Shown here: positions 52,901 through 64,000 of the stretch, piece after piece
Layout: every line of letters begins with the position of its first letter
Position numbering within the stretch: position 1 is the first letter of the stretch
Assembly: GCA_046563655.1 (NCBI GenBank)
Contig: CM102286.1
Span: forward strand, 5,828,001 to 5,892,000
DNA: 64,000 nt
From: Yuukianura sp. NJ FZ-2021
Lineage: Eukaryota
Direction: 5' to 3'
Position numbers and translations under genes: made by a program
The notes under the pieces: generated by a model
Told to the model about the DNA's origin: nothing
The model's input: only the letters and a program-made list of their open reading frames with translations
The model's database searches: none

Positions 52901-55900
52901 TTTTGATCCGGTGCTGAATCTAACAAGAATTTATTTCTTAAATCTTGTTAGAATATAGCGATTTAGCGCTTCCTTCGCTTCAACAATTCATTGTAATTTG
53001 CACTAAAGCCGGACGTAGAACCATCCGTGTAATTTGTGAAACTGGTTTCAGAAATACAACTTACAAAAAAAATATGGGATGTATGATTTTTGTTGATCCT
53101 TAAATAAATATCACAGGGTACGGCTGGAAGCTTTTACGACAGTGAATTGTTGAGAACACGAAAAAAACCCGCAAAAGAAACATTTTTTTTTATTCTTTCT
53201 AAATTATGTTTTAACACGCCAACCCCCTGTCACCAATTTTTCAGTATTTCACTTAAAAAATACTTTTGTAAGTTTTCTGTGTCCGAAGGACGGTCCATGC
53301 TTATGGGCATGGCCTCATCTTTGCTTCTGGTGGGTCATTGTTGTCCATTGGGGTCAAAGGGTCCCTGTCCCTTTGTTTGTTTGGGGGCAGGAGACTTTTG
53401 GCCTTTGTGAAAAGGCGACAAATAAGAAACACAAATGGACCGTAACAGTCTTACAAATAACTGATGACGGAGAGGAAGTACCCTCCTCCGCCCCCTTATG
53501 TCATCTAAACACGGTAAAGAAAAGGGCTTTTAGGGGTGACTTTGGGGTCGCCAAAATTGGCAATGTCACTCATCGTTAGTAAGAAAACTGTCATCAATCA
53601 TTTCGTTACCAACGTTTGTCATCCTGATCATCAAGGATATGACAGACTCCTTGCGGCAGCAACGGTAACTGGTCGCATGTGTCACGATGTGCGGACGCTG
53701 ACATTTTCAGTCGACATTACTCAAAAATTTCAAAAATTCCGAACATCCCTGCTTCCAGGAACAAAATTTTGACAGTTGTGAAGTTGTACTTGACGCATCG
53801 TTTTAGCACTTGCTAAGTTATTCTGCATGGGTATCCAATACCTAGTAAAATATGACAAAGTTAAACACAACGTTCACGCTAAAAGAATTTTTCCTTTGAA
53901 TTTTGAAACAATGTAGTTCCCTTCGTTGTTTTTTATAAATCCGTCAACACCATTCAAAATTTTGCACATTGAAATCTTGAAACATTTTTAAACAAAAGTT
54001 AAGTCAACGAAAGTAAGAAGGGCTTCCAGTGTAAAAGCGAAGACGCTGTAAGAAATCATGGGAAGGAAACAAAAAGCAGCGTCTTTGCTTTTTAACACGG
54101 TCCATCAAGAAGGGTAGAAGAAGAAAGAAGAAAATTGGAAATTGAAGACTTAGGGGAAACCTAAGGGGAAGTGGACCCTTGGCCTTTTTTTAAACGAAGG
54201 GATCATATTTTGTACAGAATTTTTCTATTTTTAGAAAACTGTGTATCCTCATCTTCTTTTTCCAAATATAGGTTAAACTTTTTAGTGAGGTTTCTTCAAT
54301 TTTCTTTCCCTAAAAAAGCCCAAGGCCTTGGAACAGACTCATCTTCAACTTTAGGGAGAGCCCTTATTAGGTCTAAGGGTACCACATTTTGCTCTCTCAT
54401 TTCTTCTATTTAGTTTCCTAAGGACCGATCTGTGTTAAGGAATAGCATCTTAACCCCTCCAAAGTCTTATTTCTTCTGAAAAATTTAACGTCATCTTCCC
54501 TTCTTGCAGTAAAGTCTTCAGCTTCCACCCTCTCAATAAACTTTCTTTGGAGGCTTTTTAAAGCAAAGTCCCCCAGGGTACTCGTATGGCTAGGTTAGGT
54601 TGGCCAAGATGCTCAAATCCAGAAACCAGGGGCCCTGAAGTCCAACTTTACTAAATGCTGCCTTCAAGGAGTCCAGTACATCAATTCTCAGACGATCACG
54701 GTAGCTTAGCTAGGAAAGGTGTCCAGACTACTGGCAGCATTTTGTAACTTAAGGTTGAGTATCCCTAACATTGTAGCTTCAAGAAAACAGTGGAAACCGA
54801 TCCCTCCACAAGCGACATCAGCAGACACTGATGCATCATCACCACCAACGCTAAGTCTTTCAAGGACCCAAGTGCTTAGTACTCTAAACTTTTTTTGAAA
54901 ACTGTCTGGCTTGAAATCGCTGCACTTCCGTCTAGGCCAGATAACATTATTGTTGCTGCAGTTGTATATACAGTAAGTGTCATCGTAAATTTCCAAGTCA
55001 AATGAACTTGTCTAACTTGTAGTAGGGCCAGCAGAGGATCTTCCTCAAGTCTTTTGTTGTGTACTTGGGAAGTACATTTAAGTCCAGGGAACAAACGGGG
55101 ATAAAGGGATGGAGAAGGACTACATTAGCGTCTTTCTAATTTTTTGTTTGTCTTGATTGATTCAGAAGATGCAGACAGCCAGACAACTTTTTACGTTTCT
55201 TCTGTCTGGGTTTGGGAGTTCAAACGACACGAGAGGTCAACTTTAACTGATACGAGCGTACTAGAACAACATCAACTCCGACATGCCCTCGTAACATCTC
55301 ATCGCTCCGGATACAACACAGCATGGGGTATGTTTCAATTTTTTTCCAAATATTGCTTGGAACAATTGAAAAAAAACGTTTAGCAATTTTTTGAATACGA
55401 AAGTAAGTGTGTAACTTCAAGGTTGGTCCCGCTTGTCGCTTTTTTATGAGTTTTGTAGACTCGTAAATTTTTTTTTCTATAAAAGAAGATAGCAGTAGTC
55501 TAGTTAAACTTGAGATAATTAAGTTTATAAATAATGTTACAAATAGTAGTTTATGGAAATGATGACATAAATGAGTCAGTTTTGCTCTTGGCCGAAGCAG
55601 GACACAACAAGAATCGTTTACATAACGGCTAACTTTTGAAATCATTGGGTCAACTGAGGTCAGCACTTTTAGGTCCCAGCGATGTCAATCTATATTACTT
55701 CTGGTCAAAAAAGTCATAAGACGGAAGAGATTATGCAAGAGCTTGTTCGATAGCACTTTTATAGTGTTGGAAAAATAATAAATCTTAGAATTTTTTTTCA
55801 TTAGCAGACGCTGCAATTTTAAAACAAATTCAATTCGTCATTACAATTTTATTAGGATTCAAAAACCGTCCATCCAATCCTAATTAGTAAGCAACTTTTG

Positions 55901-58900
55901 TTTTAAAATATTCAGCATCAGCTATTGCACAATCATTTAAAAAAGATCAGCAATTCTTAATGGTCTGCGGAAATGACACATAAAAACCCTAAGGTCAAAG
56001 GTCGACAAACAATAGTTCATTTGGGTTTGGAAGAAAAACGCCCCGGGCAAAGTTTTCTTGTGCACAAGATAATGACGCCAGTGCGTACGTGCGTAAAGAT
56101 TTGAAGAGCTTGAACGATAAACAAATTTGTGGTTTTGAGGTGTCGTTCCAATGTTGATTGACATTGAATTATTGGTTTTGTTAATGAAGTTCAAGTTTCT
56201 AAAGGGACTTGAAGCAGTGAAGTTTTTATGTGTAAGTTACGTTGGGGCTAAAATTTCTAAGGGCCCCCAGGCAGATGTAACTTTTTGCGCAACCAGCTCG
56301 TGACAAAAGTCATTTACAGGAAGACGAAAAAGCAAACCTAGGAAACTGTGAGCAATATTTGCAAAGATCTCTTGATTGTGCAAATAATTACAGCCTGTCA
56401 GCCTATATGTGTGCCCTTCTGCATTGAACTGACATGACTTTTAGCAATCCCAAATACTAATCTGCCTTTGAAATCAAGTTTGGCTGCTCCAAATTTTCAC
56501 CCCCGCCCGCCTTCGCATTGTTCGAATTCTTTTACCTACCCGCAAAAAACACATCTGCCTAACCACTTCCGGTGCGTTGATGCGAATTTAAAGTTCTTGC
56601 TACTCTTTGTTTGAATTTTTCAATAACATTGTCAATTCCTGGTTTTGCTCGCACGCATTTCAAACTTTTGAGGATAAATCAACCATGAGAAAATTTGTGT
56701 GAAATGATGATGATTGAAAAAATTAGGAAAAAATAAAATTAAAACCAGATTAGTTCATCGGTTGAACCAAGTTCGTCTTTCACTTTTTGACATTCACGAT
56801 GCAGGAGATTATTTGGATTTGAAAAAAAAAACAACATAAAAACGAGTTTTTTTTTTTTACTTGACTGGACATTTCACATTTGCAGATGTTAGCTGAACCA
56901 CTTTTTCAAAAAAAAACAACGTGCAAGGAAGTTTTGGTTACGGCATATGCTAAATGGTTGATTAATTTAGCTGAATTTAAAAAAAAAACACTACAAGACG
57001 TGAATATTTTTGTAATTGGTTGAGGATATTTTCATGCTGTTTCTAACAAACTTTATTGAGATATTTGAATACAGATTTGATGTATCCAGTTTAAAAAGTC
57101 CTTAAGCGTGCAGGGGCACTTAAGTACACCAAACTTATCATTTTTACTTTTCTAATGTAATTTAAACAGAAACTCGCAAATGCCAAGGTACCATAGGCAC
57201 TTCTGTATCTGCGCGACTATAACGTACACATTTTAATGGAATTCGTCTGCGAATGTTATTTGACGTGGCACACTTTACTTGCTTTCTGTGCCAGCTAAAA
57301 CAGCATTAGTAAAATGTCCAAAAAGTGTTTTATTCTACTATCGCTATCATAAATAATTAGCCCTAATCAATGGGCATACGACGTTCTTAATATGTCCAAG
57401 CCCTGCAAACTTTGCTGTATCATGAAATGCTGGCCTTAAATTTAATTTTTTTTTAAATGTAAGATTTGTGGGAGTTGGATATTTTAACTCCTAACTTTCA
57501 AGAAAGTACATGACATGAAATGCAGGAGTAAGGAAAATGGGAATCGTGTAAAACTGAAAGCATTGAACGTGTTGCTATCTGGACTTAATATTTTCCAGGA
57601 GACAGGTATCCTTATAAGGCAAAGGACTTACGACCGTAACCTGTCAACTTAAGCATGAAGCAAGGTACACGGTAGGGGCCAAGAAGTCTTCTGTAGGGAA
57701 CCTTTTTTTCAAAAAGCCTCAGGAAATTTAAAGATTCTCAAAATCTATTTTTAGAACGGAGACTTTTGAGCATTTTGAGCCCCAAAGTTGTGGGGGTTTG
57801 GTTTCGTCTCTTAAAATTTTCAAAGAATCTCTCACATATTCTTTATTTCCCCCAAAAAGAATAGAAAATAACTTAATATAAGGGGCCTACCTTACAATTT
57901 CAGAAAAAAAGAGAGACCTTGAACAGATCGAATAAGAGAACCTGAGACTCCCTTCAAGTACTCCACATACTACGTTTCAGTTTGGGTCGAAATTGTGTAG
58001 GTTAGTGGCACAGTTTAAGAACTTTTGACAGACAGGTGGAAATGCCCTCTCCTTCAACTAACCAAAATAACCTTACAGATTCTCTTACAACAAAAAATTA
58101 TATGTCTGGAACTTCCCAAAAAATTCTAGGTCACTGTCAATTGATCTTGAAATTTTTCTTTATCGAAGCATCATTTCTCCACCAAGTAGCATAGAAATAT
58201 AAAAATTTCTTAACATTTCTTTTTTAAATTTCTTTCAAAAACATTTTTTCTAATTTTAAAAAGAAAAAAATCTGTCTCCCCAATCTCTCCCTTACGTTTT
58301 CCGCTCTCAATTTAGCATTGTGAGCCTCCCATTACAAAACCTAACCTAGCTTTTTTTTGTAATTTTTTTTTGGAAGGTTTGACCCTTAAGGGCTCCGTCT
58401 CGCGTAATAAGGGACTGAAGAATGACCAAGGGATTTTTAAAAAGACGTTTGTGTTGCATTGTTGTCTGCCCTCGTTTAAAGTTAGGCGGGGGAAAGGTGT
58501 CCATGTCATAATATTGTTTATGAACTTCATTTGAACAATGTGACCCCTACGGAGTGACCAGTCGCTTGGCAAAGATCAGCCTTCATCCCTCCTGGTCAAG
58601 CGGCCTTAACAAGTCATAATTCTAAATCTTCCCCCCTTGCACGACGTCTTGTTCTTGTCGCCAGAGCCGTGATGAAATATTAACTTATTCACTTTGCGCT
58701 TACCTTTAGAAAAAAAAATTGTATTATTTCCAAAATCACCATTTTTCATTCTGGACAAAAACTGAACATAATTTTAACGTTTTCAAATAAAGTCTTTGTT
58801 AAACTTTACAACAAAACTCATATGTTACACTAGTTCAGAGGATAACATAAAACTCGTAACTCTAACCCTAACCAAAGTCCTTGCATATCAGTAAATACAC

Positions 58901-61900
58901 TCCATAAATAAGAAAAGGAAACACTTCTGTGCATTTTTATTCTTTAGTAAGTTGAGGAAGAGCAGGAGGGGCAGACAGGGAAAAAGATGCGCTGGGAAAA
59001 AAATAAGTTCAAGTTCAATGCTCTAAAACCTTGAAGAAGTGGCTTCGAAAGCACAGCCAGCACTTCCTATTTGTGTTTCGCAAAAAGGAAACGATTTTGC
59101 CATCTGCAATCTCAACTCTTCCCAGTTTTACACTCAACAAGCTCATCTTGAGGCAAAGATGGCATTGGCGAAGGAGAAGCCTCAGTACGGGATGATGTTA
59201 GATGCAGAGATCTCAACTAAAAAGCTAACTTGATCTGTCCAAATTTACATTTCAAAGAGATGTAATCTTAAAAACTGAACTGAGCAGCAGCAGCGATGAC
59301 AATGAAATAGAAGCGCGCTAAGCCGGTTCTTCCACTTGTGTTAAAAAGTGGTGGTAAAGTGACATATGGAAATATGGTTTTCGTTTGTAAGTTTTGGCAC
59401 ATGCGGACATGAACTCCAGCCAGGCTGTTTGTAATGTGTTCTGACACCTCAATAAAGTACTTCTTGACGATGATGAAAAATGACGAATCAGATTCTGGAA
59501 CTGCATCCAAGTGACGCTGTTTTGTATTTCGAAACAGTTTGACCAAAAAGGCGCCAAAACTTGTCTATGATAGCGTCCAGCACAAAAACTTCACAACGAA
59601 AGCCACCTCCACCGGGGCTTCGAACTTTTGGCTAAATTTGCCTCAGGAACTAAAGTGTTCGTTGCATTTTAGGTGGAGTGGCGTTGGCGGCAAAGAAGAT
59701 GCGAGGGAAAGTTGAGCTTTTGCTAAACTAAAGTGATGAGATCTACCTGGTGATTGCATTTGTGGTGGTTTGTGGTGGAAGTTCCATAGTGGAGTGGCCC
59801 AACTAAACAGAAAGTTGCATTGCAAAAAGAAAGACTCAACCCAGTCCTGGCTTAAAGTTGCTAAAGGATGATGAGGGGGCGAAGTATAAGCTTCATTCGG
59901 CGGGTGGCGAGTGCCCATTGAGATGTGGATGCTGATGAAGAAGATGATGATGATGTATTGTATTTGGAGTTGAAGTAAAGGTCAACGCGTTCGTTGGAAA
60001 AAGAGCGCGTCAATTCCTCAGGTTGGATTGGAGCACGGCGTTGTTGACTCCTTTTTATTAAAAAAATAGGCATGGGAGGCAGCGATGAGATGCAATTTCG
60101 AGGGATGCTGCTCTGGGAAAAGAAGTTTTTTAGGAAGCAACGGTTACTTTGACTTTGGTTAAACCTTTGCTACTTTCTGCTCGTGCTTTTACCTTTTTAA
60201 AAACGAATTGTTTGTAAAGCCACCACCACAGTCCAAGTCAAACCATTTTTAGTTGTTCAACAGACTCCGCTTCGTCCAGAAATGGACGCCACTGTGGTGA
60301 CGCTACGCCAAGAGCCTTCCAAGCGTCAGTCACTTCCACCTTCTGCATTGTGTCCCACATCTTCGTCACTCCACAAACACTATTCAACGGCAGCTACAGT
60401 TAGGGTGGGTGGAGAAGCTAATTTGGGGGCAGGGGTCACGTCAACTAGGGGATAGGCTACAACGGGTGACAGTTCTTTTCAAATCTACAGTTTACTAATT
60501 TTTACAACTGTAATTTTTAACTTGTTAGGTTAGGGCGTTGGACGCTTTTTTCAAAAAGTCACAACTCTCCAAATCCATGGGAGCTGTCATTCGATTCTGA
60601 CAGAACGACGGCGCATGTCACCTTGGACCGCGCTTCTACCAGGAGACAAACAGTCGACTCCTATCAGTCCGTAAGTTGAAGGACACTGCTCCTGACCACT
60701 CAATTTAGATTAGGTAAACCTACCCTAACAATTTTTTTCAACTGCGTCTGACCTTTGCACCCCTTCCAGGAAGTAAAAGGAGCCAAGGCGGTAGGCCCTT
60801 AGGGAGGAACAATACGGTCCTAGACAAGAAGGGCCCTTCGGGGTGTGTACCCTCCTCTTTTTGGCAAACCAGGACACTACTGTTTGATTTGTGCAGAACG
60901 GGACCATTTGTTTAGTTGCGAAGACTCAGAAGAGAGCAGCGGAGATTGCAAATATCCGTGTGTAAGCAAATAAATTCTCAGACACAATGACACAAAGGTA
61001 GTGTTTGATTTTTGGATTTTTAATCTTTACTTGTTAAATAAATAGGAGCTCCTGTTTCGTCTGAAAACGCCTTTCTGACGTCTTTTGTTGCTAAATTCCA
61101 AACACTTTATGGTGTAATTTCTGAAAAGGCAAACTACAACTCCACTTTTAATTTACTACGCGGAAATATCGATTTCCTTCAAAACGACTGAAGTAAATTC
61201 GAATGACTTTCTCAATTTATTTTACTCTCCTGCAGTGGACGCCCTAACTTCGATCGAATTTGGAGCTACGTTTGTGTGGGGGTGCGTTCATTTTCAAAAA
61301 ATTCCGCCAAGTCGCTGCTCCATTGTTCAGTCGGGTGAAAATAAACTCGTGACGTAAGAAATAAAAATTAAAAGGTAATTATAATATCAGTAAATTTTTA
61401 ATTTAACGTAGAACTAGTGATTGATATTTTACTTATTTTTTTTTACTAGTTTTGGACACATTTTTTATTAACGAATTCTTGGTCTTGAATTCGTAAAAAA
61501 TCGGGTAACTGTTTTAATAAAATTTAATTCTAAGGTATAAAATTTAGTAGCTACGATTTAAAATGATATTTTACTAGCTCGCTTTTTAATTTTTTTTTTT
61601 TTTTTTTTTTGAGCTGAGCACTTAATATTTTTAGGTAGAATTCCAAAATTCTATTTCCAGAAAATTCTTGTTGTATAATTTGTTTGGTTAGGTTGGTAAC
61701 TTGACCTTAGATGATTTCTTTTAGGTCACCACTTTTTTCTGTCTCGCTCAAAATTGTTCCGTCTGGAGTGCATCTGGGAAACCTGCAGGAGCAGCAGGAT
61801 AAAGCAATTTTCAAGTGCAAGGAACTTAATGCCGGTAAAAAATTATTTTTTTAATAGTTGCATCTTGTGTCGAGACTGTCTGACTGAGATTTTAGTGGGG

Positions 61901-64000
61901 GTTGACGTGGCTAAAGTTTCAGACAACTTTGAAATTGCATTTCTTTTTAAGTAAAATTCACATTTTAGATATCTGAAATCCATGGCGCAAGTCAATATCC
62001 CTATGCCTCAAAGTCAAAAGCCCAAGTCAAAATTTAAGTTGATGTAAAAGAGGGAGTTGTCTGGCTGTGGAAATTGGGAAATTGAAAGCCAGTGCCATGT
62101 CAAATCACTTGAACAAAAACTGCACTCGGAATGTCGTTAATCTTTGTTAACTTAAAAAGAGATGCATTCGCAAATGCCGTTTATTGGACGGAGGGAAATG
62201 CAACTTTCGTCTAGCGCCAAATCCTCTCCTCCTCCATACCAAAATCCGCAATCTTGTGCCCTGCCCTGCCTCTCCAGTTCATGTTGACTGTTGCAAATTT
62301 TGTGCAAAAATGGTCCCTGGAGCAACCGCCATTCCGAACGAGACCGAATGGTCCCTCATGGAAAAATAAGCTAAAAGCATCTCCCAACTATTATTATGTT
62401 GCTCTTTTTTTAATCTCCCTAAATCTCGCAGCCTCCCATCTTCCATCATAGTCACTTGTGCATTTGAACTGTACTTATACTCGGACTCAAGTCAGTCACT
62501 TTCCCATTTGACTCTCAGTCGAGGAAACGCTTCTTCTTTTGCAAATTCAAAACTCCTTCATCCTGTTGGCCTCTCCCTCTTTATATTTTTTTTATGTATT
62601 TTCCAATTTCCAAATCTTCATCCCCTACCGAGAATCTCAGGTGAGACAGGGCTCAGACTAAGAGCGTCTATTTTTTAGTCGGAAGTTGCCACTCGCCTTG
62701 TGGCTTCGGCTGACTCAACATTTGACTTGGACTCATAGTGATTTTTGAAAAAAATTTGAATTAATTTTTTAGTTTATGGCTGACATCCCAACTTGGAGCT
62801 GGAAAGCGCTAAACGGTTGGAAGAAACTCAGAACCACCCGCGTCTCGTCGCATGGAAAAATGTGCATGATCCAAGAAGTGCACGACTGCTACCGGAATTT
62901 TTGCACGAACAGCAGTTACAACGATCTTCGGAGACTTCTGTTTCCTGGGGTTGAACAAATACAAGAACAATTTTTTGTTCTAACTCGGGGTATGTAACTC
63001 TCATTACTCTATTACAACAAAACTAATTACTAATTCTGAAGTTTTCTGCTCGTTGTACAAATGGAAAGATTGAAGATACCAGGGTGACTTTGAGTTTGAA
63101 ATTTCGTTTTCTGAAGTTAGCGTGACATGTCGGAAGGAAGGGCTACACTACATGGCATGTGTAAAGGGCACCCTCCCCTCGACCACGGTTCCTGTCTTGA
63201 GGCAGTTTTTGTACGAACATTGTCCGAAATCATATGACATGCGAAGGGTCCCCCTCCAAGTACTTCTCAGGAGACTGCTTTCTCCAACTGGCCCTTTGTC
63301 TTCCGTTGCAGGTTAGGGTAGATAGGCAGGAAACCCGACAATACTAAAGAGACGTCACAAGGAGAAAGTTTGACAGGACCACAGTCAGTTTTCTGAATTT
63401 TAATTTTTGACTTGAGGTTTGTTTTTCCAAGGAATGATTTTTTTTGAAAACTTGTAAAACCCGGGGGTAGACTAAACTGGGATTGATATCCAGCTCAGCA
63501 GGGTACTTTTTAAATTAGACAGGTAGTTAATTGAAATATTTTTTTGTAGCAAACGTGATGTTTCCTACTGGTTTTTATTTTAAAGCACCCTATGTCGATT
63601 TTGGCTGAACAGTTAATCACCCAGTAGATTTCGATTGAATTTTTATTTTTCTTGAAAAAATTTTGAGGTCATCAGAGGTCAAGGCTGGTGGTTGACCTTT
63701 ACCGCTGTAGAATCCTAGACAAAAAGCAATGAGATTTTGAAAATGTTAAAAAGTCATGGAGTTTTAGGACGCGTGGTATTAATCTTAGTGAAGAATTTTC
63801 TCAATTTCCTAATTCTGATTTTTTTTTTCAAATTGAAATGAAAATCCTACATCCAAATTTTTTTAACACAACTTAATTTTTGAGACTCATCACTTCATTT
63901 TTAGTGTTTGCAGTACCCAGTCTATTGACCCCAGTCACTATAAGGGCTCCTCCAATGGTCTAAGTTGATGATTTCAAGTTCTACGAAATTTGGGTAGAAA

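Noticed and set aside
59861..60073. ORF starting MPIFLIKR, reminiscent of a SNAG / Ovo-Shavenbaby N-terminus
   Set aside because: Similarity is limited to a few residues, the ORF stops after 70 aa, and no zinc-finger exons are visible.
5320..61700. Scattered GTTAGG/CCTAAC motifs (e.g. ~5320-5390, 21025, 21130, 54590, 58340) as interstitial telomeres
   Set aside because: No perfect (TTAGG)n arrays, only 1-3 degenerate units. More likely TE remnants.

Overview
Eukaryotic, AT-rich, gene-dense genomic DNA with mostly 55-100 nt spliceosomal introns. Gene content indicates an arthropod; a springtail-like hexapod is my inference only. Nine intron-containing genes lie in the first 48 kb: IFT81-like (+), a WS/DGAT-type O-acyltransferase (+), DCUN1D3 (+), an atypical microbial-type SDR with one intron (-), fused TPS-TPP trehalose synthase (+), FIBP (+), PHF10/SAYP (+), CSTF3/su(f) (-) and GABPA/Ets97D-like (+). 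The last ~15.5 kb has no recognisable gene. Non-autonomous mobile elements include a Helentron-type HINE (11.2-11.9 kb), a 535-bp foldback MITE with an 8-bp TSD just upstream of FIBP, and a 2.3-kb Foldback element with ~870-bp arms. Most notable observations: (1) three unusually long CSTF3 introns carry a candidate intronic poly(A) site, a 114-nt stem-loop, and a candidate poison exon embedded in RNA structure; (2) two foldback elements with unrelated TIRs share a covarying GC-hairpin+GTTAG motif; (3) the SDR is a likely horizontally acquired gene; (4) three weak-consensus GC-AG introns occur among ~65 introns. All splice models were read by eye and no database search was run.
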